Shown here: piece after piece, positions 53,401 through 64,000 of the stretch
How positions within the stretch are numbered: position 1 is the stretch's first letter
How the letters are laid out: every line of letters starts with the position of its first letter
Assembly (NCBI RefSeq): GCF_033153115.1
Contig: NW_026889783.1
Coordinates: forward strand, 4,340,001-4,404,000
DNA from: Saccostrea echinata
Taxonomy: Eukaryota
Length of the DNA stretch: 64,000 nt
Direction of reading: 5' to 3'
The notes under the pieces: generated by a model
Seen by the model: the letters and a program-made list of their open reading frames with translations, nothing else
Database searches by the model: none
What the model was told of the DNA's origin: nothing
Program-made: the position numbers and the translations under genes

Positions 53401-56400
53401 GATAAAGAAATTGAAATGAATTTTAAATGTGCTATTCAGAGTGCAAATGTCTAGAGTAACCTTAAATAGTTTTTCAAAAATTCACTTCCGGTTGCGTGTT
53501 TTCCTGTCCTCAAAATGAGAAGTTGTCTGAGCGAGATCTCAAAAACAGGTAAAAGATTAAAACACCAAAATTTTAAGAGTAATGGACGTTGAGGGGTAGG
53601 TGAAACCATTTGGGTTAAACGCGTCAGTCGTCACTTCCGCTTCTCACAGGAAGTTATCAAAGAAATCAAAAATTTTAGCTTTTCTTTTTTTAAATTAAAA
53701 CTTACATGAATTTATTGCATCTCTTTTGCTGTTTTGAAATATGTTAGATTCCACCGGAAACAAAAACGTCAACTTCCGGTTTAAGGAGATAAACTACGTT
53801 ATTCCTATATTTAACTTTCTCATAAATATCGCTTATTGATAAAGTACCTGAAATGATTTTATGCATGTTGCAGATACTGCAAATGTCTAGAGAAAAGTCA
53901 GAGATTTTTATAAAATTCACTTCCGGTTGTGTGTTTACCTGTTCTCAAAATTAGAATTTAGTCCCACAATATTGTTCGGCAACAGTAAACGACTGAGGAC
54001 TAAAACTTCAGGACTGATATTCAGTCATCAGTTTATTTGAATCGTGAGAAAATCTTGCATCGCCGTTACTTCCGGTCGTGAAAGGAAGTGATGTAAAAAA
54101 GTGAATGGTTAATGGTTAGCACATTGGGTTTTCACGCTGACGATTAGGGTTAAATCTCCAGAGTGTCTGAATTTCTTTTATCACTTTTTCAGCTTGAATT
54201 TTCATTTTTATTTTCAGAATCGGACGGAAGACCTCTCATTGCTCGCAATGAGTTTCTAGTTTATATATAGTAATTATATCATGAGAGCTTCATCTTACCC
54301 ACACATAGAAGTGTATTTTACACACTTTATTGCAATTTATACAAATTAGAGCTATACATCAAATTATCCCCCAGCAAGATTCAATAAGATAACATACTAT
54401 GTTACTCTTGAAGATTCACACAAAACATCTTTAAATTATCCTTATTAATCACTTGTGCCAGTCTAATTTATAAACAATGTATAAATTCTAACTCTTTCTG
54501 CGGATGTGTAATGGGAAGAATTTTACATCCTCCTTTTTTCTTACTGCTTGATTACACTGTATATAAGACAAGAATAATAGAATCATTCATTACAACGAGT
54601 GTGGGATAGTGAAATTCCACCAAGGGGACAAGATTCACGGTCTAGGACGAGGCTTTGCCGAGTCCTAGACCGTGAATCTTGGCCCCGAGGTGGAATTTCA
54701 CTATTCCCACACGAGTATGTAATGAATGATTATTTTTCTCGCATTATTTTATCCAAAATAACGGCCTGTCAATGACGTCGCTATGATAGGGCTAAAAATA
54801 TATTCTTTTAATTTTCCATCTAATTAAAAATCTAAATACACCATCAGAGAGAGCGTACCTGAAAATGGTTTACACGCAGTGTAAACTGATAAAATGAATT
54901 TCAGTCCATGTAAATTAATTAGATAGATAAAAACTGGGAATAAAAAAACTTATCTATCCGAAAGCGTACACATTCATTCAAGAAGACCCTTCCGCGATCT
55001 AAAAAAAGTGCCATTTAAAAAGTGAAAATACGACAATATTTTGAATGAAAATAAGTTTATCTTAATAAGTCAAATGACAACATTTTAAGTATATGTAATA
55101 TTTTTTAACATTGTTACAATTTCTTTATATAAAGACGGAATGTTTACTTTATCTTTTGCGGCGTAGTAATACACAGTGTAAGACAGAAAAATCTCACACT
55201 GCTGTCTCACACCGGACAAGTCAATCTCACACCGGTGATTATGCGGGAAATAGAAATTATGATGTCAATGTAAATATTCACCATTATACTGCAGTTTATA
55301 AAAAATCCAGACACCTGAATTCAACATCAACGTAAACTACTTCGTACATGCCTTAAGAAAGGAATGTAATATTTATGACACTCTCCCCGTCATGTCACCT
55401 CAAGTTTGCAGTAACATGATGCCATATGCTATTATGACGTCATATCTAGGTAGTTCAGAGAAGTTACTATTGCTGGTGCACTGTGATATTTATGGACAGT
55501 CTTATCCTAGCCGCGTTGTACCAATTTTGGATGGACGACGGACAACAGGTGATCAAAAAAGCTCATTTGAGCTTGTAGCTCAGGTGAGCTAAAAAAAGAA
55601 AAGCATGTGCAGATCGGGGTGGGTGGGGGCAGACAGACGGACAGACAGACCGAAATTAATATCCCCCACTTTCAGTGAAAGCAGAGGACAAAAATTCTCA
55701 ACAGACAAGCACTTTATGGAACAGAAATTTGAAATTTAAATATTTAAAGGGTAAATAGACTCTGAATTCCATGAATTCTAGTTTTTCTCAGAGATGTAAT
55801 TCTGCAAATATCATGAACAGTTTCTTTGACACTGAATGCAAAACGAGGAATAATGGGCTCAAGATCATTGACAAAAATTATGACAAAGCTGAATAGCTTT
55901 GACTAGAAATATGTCCATAGGACATGAATGCCCCGCCGAGGGTATATTAGTAATGCAACATTTTAACACAAATTGAGAAAAGTGAGGTCAAGGTCAAAGG
56001 AAAGGTCCAGGTGAAAAAATATTGATGCAGTTGAATAGCTTACATCAGTATGTATCAGCATATGAAGTTTGACACTAATTTAAGAAAAGTGAGGTCAAGA
56101 TCAAAGGAAAGGTCAAGGTCAAAAAATGTTGATGCAGTTGAAAAGGTTACATTAGTATGTATTAGCATATGAAGTTTGATAAAAATATTGTGAATGGTTT
56201 CTTTAAAACTGAGCTGAACACTAATTTAAGAAAAGTGAGGTCAAGGTCAAAAGAAAGGTCAAGGTCAAAAAATATTGATGCAGTTGAATAGTTCTCATCA
56301 GTATGTATCAGCATATGAAGTTTGACACTGATTTAAGAAAAGTGAGGTCAAGGTCAAAGGAAAGGTCAAGGTCAAAAAATGTTGATGCAGTTGAATAGCT

Positions 56401-59400
56401 CTCATCAGTATGTATCAGCATATGAAGTTTGTTAAAAATATCTTGAATGCTTTCATTAAAACTGAGCTAAACACTAATTTAAGAAAAGTGAGGTCAAGGT
56501 CAAAAGAAAGGTCAAGGTCAAAAAACGTTGATGCAGTTGAATAGCTTACATCAGTATGTATCAACAAATGAAGTTTGATTACATTATCTTGAACGGTATC
56601 TTTAAAACTGAGCTAAACACTAATTTAAGAAAAGTGAGGTCAAGGTCAAAAGAAAGGTCAAGGTCAAAAAATGTTGATGCAGTTGAATAGCTTACATCAG
56701 TATGCATCAACATATGAAGTTTGATTACACTACCTTGAATGGTATCTTTAAAACTGAGCTAAACACTAATTTAAGAAAAGTGAGGTCAAGGTCAAAGGAA
56801 AGGTCAAGGTCAAAAAATGTTGATGCAGTTGCATAGCTCTCATCAATATCTATCAGCATATGAAGTTTGATAAAAATATCTTGAATGGTATCTTTGAAAC
56901 TGAGCTTTGAACAGAGCTAAACGCAAAGTGTGACGGAAGGACAGACGGAAGGACGGAAGGACGGAAGGACAGAAGGACGGAAGGACGGAAGACGGACATG
57001 ACAAACACTATATGCCCCGGCCATATTCATGGCGGGGCATAATAAAAAAGATTTGATAAAATTATCTTGAATAGCTACTTTGAAACTGAGCTAAGGTCAC
57101 GGGTAAAGTCAAGGTCAGAAAATTCTCCTACAGTTGAATAGTTATCACTAATATATACATGTATCAGAGTATGAATTTTGGATAATATATCTTGAACAGT
57201 TACTTTGAAATTGAACTATACACAAAATACAGAATCATGAGGTCAAGGTCACAGAAAGGGTCAAGATCAGAAAATAATGCCAAAGTGGAATAGCTCTCAC
57301 CAATGTGTATCAATGTATGATTTCTGCTTTATATATCTAGAATATTTACTTTGAAACTGAGCTAAACTCAAAGTGATGGAAGGACAGACAGAAGGATGGT
57401 AAGATGGACATGACAAACACTATATGCCCCAGCATATTCATGGCAGGGCATAAAAGTTGATTTGTAAATCATCAAAATGAAAGTGCAACCTTAAGAACAA
57501 CTTTGTATATGCTGTTTTGTCTTAGTGCTCTTGAGTGTCAATACCAATGTCAGAGGACAAAACTTTTGAAAACTATAAAGCAAGAACAAGAAAGTTCTTT
57601 AATGCTCAGGCATAAAGATTGAATTAACTTGTTTAGCTTTAAATCAAACCAACCTGAACTGGATAATGAATCTTTTTGTTGATTTTTGTGTTCGTTCAAC
57701 TGAAATTTAAAAAAGAAATAAATGTAATATCACACACATTAAAATTACACAAATTATAAACAACATGTATTTTCCATCTAAACTGATTTAAATATAACTG
57801 ACATATATACACAGTGATGTATCAGATAATCAATATGTGTAGAAGTTTGTCCAAGTCTGAAATTGGTTGAGAGGTTTCAGAGAAGAAGCTGAAAATGTTC
57901 AAATATTAACGCATGATGGACGACGGACGACGCACGCCTACGGACGAAAACAGATAGCAATAGGTCACCTGAGTAAACTCAGGTGACCTAAAAAAATTGA
58001 ATGAAGCTGCATAGTTGCCTGTAGCAACAATGATCAAACTAAGAATTCTGCACGATTACATTTGAAAAAATACAATAAATATTAACATTATTTTCTTTAT
58101 CAATTTTAAAGGGTTTTTATCACGTCTCAAAATTTTTTGATATAGCAAAGTTTACATGCTATTAAATTCATATATTTAAAAATCTTTGCTAGAAAATTAA
58201 TATTTTTGATGTTTCAGCGATTCAAAGTTTGAATTTCTCAGTATGCATATTTTGATCGCCGATGTTACGCGCCATTGCTCTGACGTCATAGGTGTCAATC
58301 CTGGTCAAGCGAGGTACTTATTGTGTATGTACAAAAGGGCTCATTTGTTGTGTCTATTAAACCTGTTAGAAAATAATTAAGAGATGATTTGATAATTGAC
58401 AGCTAGTAAGGTATAATCTATGGCTTTAGGATGCACAAATGTGCACAAGAAAGGTTTTACGAAGAATTTTTTTCCCACATTTCCTGGATTTGGTCGAGAG
58501 ATGTTCTGCAAATGCGATGGCGTTTATCTCCATTCAGAGCAATCGTTTGTGCCCGATCAATCACGATTTTTTTCTGTCCTATAAAATATTTTAAGGAAAA
58601 ATACCTTTTAAAAAATAATAAATTACAAACACGCATTTTTTAAAAGTCGCACAGAATCTAGTAGGAATGTTGTGAACTTCGTAATGGCGTATGGCGCCAT
58701 TGAAGAAATGTCATAGTACATGATATTCACTGCTGGAACAGTTAGAAGATATACAGGATTTATTTATATATAATTAATTAAAATAACAATGAAGGAGAAT
58801 TAAAATTCCCATATTCATAAATGTTTTCGAAGTTATACTTTAGTAATTCGTTCTATTTTAGTCAAAGTCCCGAGTTGTCAACGGCTTCGTCTTCGGTGAC
58901 CTCTCCAACTGTAGGCATATTTTCTGATTATTTCTCTCTGCTAGACGTTCATACATAAAAGATTGACTGTTCCTAACCAAAGGAATATAGTCGATGTCAA
59001 AATTTCAACCGGCTATATTATGTATTATTTACATTTGCAAATATTTTTCTTAGATGAACCTATAGAAGAGAAAATATGTTCAATTCTGTATGAACTTATT
59101 AGGGGGTCAGAGGTCATGGCGTGACCGAATCACACAGCGAGACGATATCTTGTCTACATATTTCTGTCACAGTGACACTGGTTTCGGAACTTCTGAACCG
59201 TCAAAGCGATGAAAAAGATAAAATTATTGAAACATATATTTTTTTTTCGTTCAACAAATGATTGTTAGATCTTTCTTTGGTGTGAAGAATGTTTCTAATT
59301 AGCCTAAAATCACGCTTACCTTTTTAACCCGAAATTCCTTTGAAGGTATGTAAACTGAAGACGATATAGCACCGCTTTTGACTTCATATATAAAGAACTA

Positions 59401-61676
59401 GTACAATAATAGTAAGATTATTCTCAGTAGCGATCATTGTTTTTTCATTACGAACAGTTATTTCCTGAACTGGACGGCTTAACATCCATGTAAATATTCA
59501 AATGTTGGAGCGAGGCGAACTCTGAAGAACAAACAGCTTCTAGGTCATTGCGCGTCACAACATAGCAATACGGCGGGCCGTTTGTGTAATAAATGCAGTT
59601 CTACTCAGAATATTCGTCTCAAATGTAAATAAAAGTAATAAACAACAATGTTAAAAAGTTCACTGGGAAATGAACTTGGTTGGTACGTGATCAAATCTTC
59701 TGAGAAGCCCTTTGGGCTTCACAGGATTTGATCACGTGACCAACCAAGTTCATTTCCCAGAGAACTTTTTAACATTGTTGTTTATTTCTTAATTCTATTT
59801 ATTTAGCGTAAAAATCTAATCAATATGTTTTTTCTTACGATAAGCTTTACGAGTTCTATTGACCATTGACACCTATGACGTTTCTGTACCACGTGACCCC
59901 TATCTAATTAGTGGAGATTTTTACTTCGAGGACCCTATATTACGGGTGTTTTATCGTCTAATTACGGCCGTTTTCAACATTATTTCAGAATTAAACGATA
60001 ATTATATGTTTCAAGAATACAATAGTGTTTCATTTTTAAGAAATTTAGATACGTGATAAAAACTCTTTAAATTACAAAAGGGTATTTAGGTGTAAAGGGT
60101 GAAATGTTTTACTGTACTACCATTTAAGAATATAGTTTGATTTATTTTTTTTCGATATTATTTAAAACCAGTAAAGCTGAATATATACATGTGAGTAATA
60201 ATGAATCAAAAAGTTTGTACAAATCATTTTCAATTAGCGTTGTAATAATTACTTTGGCAAATGACATAAAACGTGGCTGTGTTTTATGGTGAGCATTTTT
60301 AAGGAATATTTACCGGTTAAAACTCGTGTGACTATTTAAAATAATTTATTCCACAGGTGGGTTCAACAATGGACACACAAGTAAAAAGCTCTTACTTGCT
60401 ATAGGAAAAACATTGAGCTTTTCATACATTTTTCATATTTTAAGTACCAGTCTAATCTTGAACAGATTTCCTATGGTCACACAAGTTTTATAAATGTATA
60501 ATGTGTTTTATCTTTAGCACAAGTTTGTACAACGTTAGGCTGACAATAAACAAAGGCTTTGAAATGAATGCCCATCCTCGATTTACTATAGAAAATCACA
60601 CATATCTGCTGACCCTTACCACATTGTATGGCTTTGCTCTTTGTTTTAAAAATGAATTTCTGTGCTAAAATTTGTTGAATCTTACAGTTTAGATATCAAT
60701 TGATGATAAGAGATGAAAAATTACGCTTAATTTGAATCTTCATCATTTCACCTTTTACCGGGGTCCATAAGTGCACTTGTTCTTTATGCAAGGGTAACTT
60801 ACATGGTAGACACCTATTCACACAGTGCTGGTACTTACACTGGCTTTCTGTTCTGTTGTTTAAGTAACTATAACAAGGTAGACACCTATTGACACAGTAC
60901 TAGTACTTACACTGGCTTTCTGTTCTGTTGTTTAGGTAACTATAACAAGGTAGACACCTATTGACACAGTACTAGTACTTACAGTGGCTTTCTGTTCTGT
61001 TGTTTAGGTAACTAATAACATGGTAGACACCTATTCACACAGTACTGGTACTTACACTGGCTTTCTGTTCTGTTTAGGTAACTATAACTTAGTAGTCACC
61101 TATTCACACAGTACTAGTACTTACACTGGCTTTCTGTTCTGTTTAGGTAACTATAACATGGTAGACACCTCTTGACACAGTACTAGTACTTTCACTGGTT
61201 TTCTGTTCTGTTTAGGTAACTATAACTTAGTAGTCACTTATTCACACAGTACTAGTACTTACACTGGCTTTCTGTTCTGTTTGGGTAACTATAACATGGT
61301 AGACACCTATTGACACAGTACTAGTACTTAAACTGGCTTTCTGTTCTGTTTAGGTAACTATAACAAGGTAGACACCTATTCACACAGTACTGGTACTTAC
61401 ACTGGCTTTCTGTTCTGTTTAGGTAACTATAACTTAGTAGTCACCTATTCACACAGTACTGGTACTTACACTGGCTTTCTGTTCTGTTTAGGTAACTATA
61501 ACAAGGTAGACACCTATTCACACAGTACTGGTACTTATACTGGCTTTCTGTTCTGTTGTTTAGGTAACTATAACAAGGTAGACACCTATTCACACAGTAC
61601 TGGTACTTACACTGGCTTTCTGCTCTGCTGTCAGCCACTGTTCCATCTCGGCATAATCTGTTTCTTTGTCTTGTAA
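38470..61676 (-). CDS. TOM1L2: TOM1/TOM1L2-family endosomal adaptor, last three coding exons (5' part of gene not identified; probably beyond the window)
   Basis: Minus-strand exons 61676-61611 (LQDKETDYAEMEQWLTAEQKAS), 57699-57654 (LNEHKNQQKDSLSSS), 38597-38470 (EFDSFLNDRAQAADTLPSITAATGQRSRKLQKDDEENPLFAL*). Phases agree. Matches the recalled TOM1/TOM1L2 C-terminal motifs IEQWL, SEEFDKFLEERAKAA and terminal LFAL. The paralog name is tentative. Confidence 0.85.
38981..39620 (+). mobile_element. 5' part of a HINE with ~165-bp satellite units
   Basis: AACAAGAGGCCCATGGGCC...GCTCACCTGAGT, then about 3.5 units (GGGGCCATGATTTGAACAAA.TAGAATCTACACTACCC). Breaks off at ~39620; a compatible 3' end lies at ~55520-55595. 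Confidence 0.7.
39925..54260 (-). mobile_element. 14-kb compound stack of related Helentron-like non-autonomous elements
   Basis: 11 hairpin termini GGTCTTCCGT..ACGGAAGACC in clusters at 39930-40240, 42916-43040 and 47504-47585. 7 opposite termini ACGGAAGACC..CTCATT...AATGAGTTTCTAGT ending at ~41587, 44387, 46137, 49378, 51129, 52463, 54260. Bodies are ~420-bp subrepeats rich in CACTTCCGGTCG. Confidence 0.8.
54575..54738. repeat. Long imperfect hairpin (palindromic repeat-element part)
   Basis: AATCATTCATTACA...AAGATTCACGGTCTAGGAC [loop] GTCCTAGACCGTGAATCTT...TGTAATGAATGATT. Confidence 0.8.
55902..57453 (+). mobile_element. HINE with 146/107-bp GGTCAAGGTCA satellite, plus an older partial copy behind it
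   Basis: 5' ACTAGAAA...ATGCCCCGCC; units at 55981, 56088, 56234, 56341, 56487, 56633, 56779; (GGAAGGAC)n; 3' hairpin ATGCCCCGGCCAT..ATGGCGGGGCATAA at ~57012-57042, repeated in diverged form at ~57424-57453. Confidence 0.8.
57835..57992 (+). mobile_element. HINE 3' end fragment (same family as 27009-29820)
   Basis: GAAGCTGAAAATGTTC...GACG repeats...AGGTCACCTGAGTAAACTCAGGTGACCTAAAA. Confidence 0.7.
59640..59783. repeat. Near-perfect ~144-bp hairpin
   Basis: AACAACAATGTTAAAAAGTTC..TGGGAAATGAACTTGGTTGGT...GAAGCCC TTT GGGCTTC...ACCAACCAAGTTCATTTCCCAG..GAACTTTTTAACATTGTTGTT. Confidence 0.85.
60793..61627 (-). repeat. Minisatellite, 12 copies of a 69-73 bp unit spanning a TOM1 exon end and its 5' splice site
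   Basis: Donor-equivalent positions: 61610, 61538, 61469, 61400, 61331, 61262, 61193, 61124, 61055, 60982, 60910, 60838. Minus-strand unit CAGAAAGCCAGT|GTAAGTAC... Confidence 0.92.
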
Positions 61677-63199
61677 CTACAATTATAAACAATCATTGTA
61701 AAAATAAAATCATATGGAAGAAAATTGTTATCAATGGGCCTTTAATTTCTAGTGCTAATACTATTAAAAAATAAATTGAATGGAAAATGTGTGTGAAATA
61801 GAAGTACAATAATATTAAACTAATTCTTTTCCAAAACTAGAATCTACAATACACAAATACTAGTATCTGTCTAAAGTACAGACTGTTAAGAAAATACAGA
61901 ATACAGCAAATCTACACAAAATGAAAGAGATACACTTGTGCACATAATATTAAAACATTTGTGTTCTAGTTCATTGTCAACAGTCCTGCTAGAGACAATG
62001 AAATTCTGTCTCTTGTGTAGTTATAAAAGAATGTGTAGAAAACCATCATTGAAACTCAAAATTTTTCAGTTGCTGGTCTTCCATTACAGCCAAATCAAGA
62101 AGATGTTTTGATAAGGAACCCACAAGAGACCATAATGTATTAATATTGTCAAATCCAAAAACTGTACCAAAAGTTTGGCTTTGAAAAAGAATAGGTGTGG
62201 GTTGATTAAATTCATTTTTGCTAAGATTTTTTCCCCTTCAAAAAAAAAATAAAATCAATATATTTATTAGGTTTAAAAGACATATTATTAAAAGTTAGTA
62301 CAATACAATCATTCAATACATATTTCAAGCACTAAACAAGAAGCCAATGAGCCACAATACTCAATGAATCCCCTTTTTGGCTACACACTTAAAGGACATT
62401 TCTACCATATAAATGTACAATAATATTACAAAGTCTATATATAGAGGGTTGACCCTGAAAATTGTAGGCATCTTTGTTTTATTTCTTTTTAAAAAAAAAG
62501 GAAAACGTAACATTTATATGAAAAATTTTATAAACCTCGAGTAATTTTTCTTTTACATCAATGATTATCATGATAATTCTTATCTAAAGAAAATAATAAG
62601 ATAATATCTGAAGTCAGCATACGCCATGAAACAGTAATCATGTTCATAGCAACAGCAATATTCTTTTCAAAGAAATGCCACTCTAAGTTAGCCATACGGC
62701 ACTTGTGATGCTTCACCAATAGACGATAACTGTACTGTAGTACTGCTCTTTTGCAGGGCAAATTGATATAGTTTGGTGAAAAATGATATAACAGCAATTG
62801 TTTAATAAATGTCATTTAATTATCAAGCAAAAAAGCTTTGCCAAAGGTACATCAATTTGCCCTGCAATACATTAATGTGAAAGGGCTAATTATAAAATAC
62901 ACTAATAATTAAACCAATCTCTGTCTGGGCTGACAATCAAGACTAATCTCCAGATTTTGTTTTTACATGTATCATTAAATGCTCATCTTTGCAGATTCAT
63001 ACCATGCTCCACATAGTTTTTGATCTCTCTGTGTGCCTGTATAGAAAGCATCTGCCATTTTCTCCAAATTTTGTACTTTTAAATTTTATGTTTTTAAGGT
63101 ATTGTTATCATCAACATGAAACTTGTGTGGGAAATTATACCATACACAAGAGATTGCTGAACTTGAAAAAATATTTTTAAAAAAATTGAATACAATATT

Positions 63200-63820
63200 A
63201 GGTAGAAATCAACCCCCCCCCCTTTACTGTGGCTCCATCCCCGTCCCAGAGGCTATAATTAGAACAAATTTTACTCTCCTCTACATGGGGATGCTTGCAG
63301 ATCAATTTGTGTTCTAGAAAATATTTGTTTTCAAAATTGCATGTATTCTGATGAAACTGAGAAATTATGATCCTTAATTGACCCACCTATACTTTATGGG
63401 TCATATTTTGAATACAATTATATCTATACCACATGGGGATGACTACATTGCTCACTTTGGCTCCTAAGGACATATAAATTAGAAAGCCTTACTCTTTACA
63501 AGGATTAAAGACTCCATTCAAATTAGTATGATTTAAATTAGTTCCTGCTCTTTTTGAAAATTTAAAAGTTTTTAAAGATATTTCTTACAAAGTTTTAAGT
63601 AAACTTTATCCCCCCTCCCCCATTGAAACCACCATAACTTATGTATGAGACACAACTTTGAACAAATATGAATCTACACTATTAGGAATCTTTTCTTTTT
63701 TTGTTTTCTTTATTGTTTAGTTATTTAAGATTTCTAAGTGACTTGAGCCTAATTGTACAGGACAGACTGACTTAACTTTGATCAGAAAAGCCCACTTGAA
63801 CAATCGAGTAAGCTGAAATG
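63200..63820 (+). mobile_element. Old, degenerate HINE/satellite fragment
   Basis: Weak GAACAAA..GAATCTACACT units and a 3' end GACAGACTGAC...TGATCAGAAAAGCCCACTTGA. Confidence 0.45.
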
Positions 63821-64000
63821 ATTAATACTTGACATATTTCCATTGACTACACATCTGCATTCTGAGTAATTTTTTTCTGCAGGCTAAATTTCAAATGCCA
63901 TTTAATAAAATGTTATTTCTGTAATAATGTTCCTCATATATAATGGCTTAGAATAGTCTATATTCCTACAGTGATACATGTATAAGCTTACTATTGTCAT

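Noticed and set aside
61441-61692. 83-aa Cys/Tyr-rich repeat protein from the ORF track
   Set aside because: An alternative frame through the minisatellite; the frame with splice sites and TOM1 similarity is different.
62558-62815. 85-aa minus-strand ORF as a further TOM1 exon
   Set aside because: No recognisable TOM1 similarity or convincing splice sites; I could not place any upstream exon in 61700-64000.

Overview
AT-rich, intron-rich eukaryotic (animal) DNA. The repeat families look like those of oysters/bivalves (inference from Helentron-type satellite elements and a Deu/Nin-type SINE). Three protein-coding genes can be rebuilt by hand from splice sites. (1) A giant + strand chitinase gene (exons 9357..24645; probable ATG exon ending at 1908). 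One reading frame gives a signal peptide, SEVEN nearly identical GH18 catalytic domains (a ~1.89-kb exon+intron cassette repeated in tandem, introns included), two CBM14 chitin-binding domains, a Thr/Ser/Gln mucin-like stalk and a GPI-anchor-type C-terminus; about 3355 aa in 48 exons. (2) A 6-exon single-pass membrane protein I do not recognise (30667..34084, +, 246 aa) with almost no ectodomain. (3) The last three coding exons of a TOM1/TOM1L2-family gene (- strand, 38470..61676), one of whose splice donors has been amplified into a 12-copy minisatellite. The rest is mobile DNA: decayed LINEs, a tRNA-derived SINE, MITEs/hairpins, a TTAA-flanked TIR element rich in X-box motifs, and several non-autonomous Helentron-like (HINE) satellite elements, including a 14-kb self-nested stack. 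All exon models are manual and lack transcript support.
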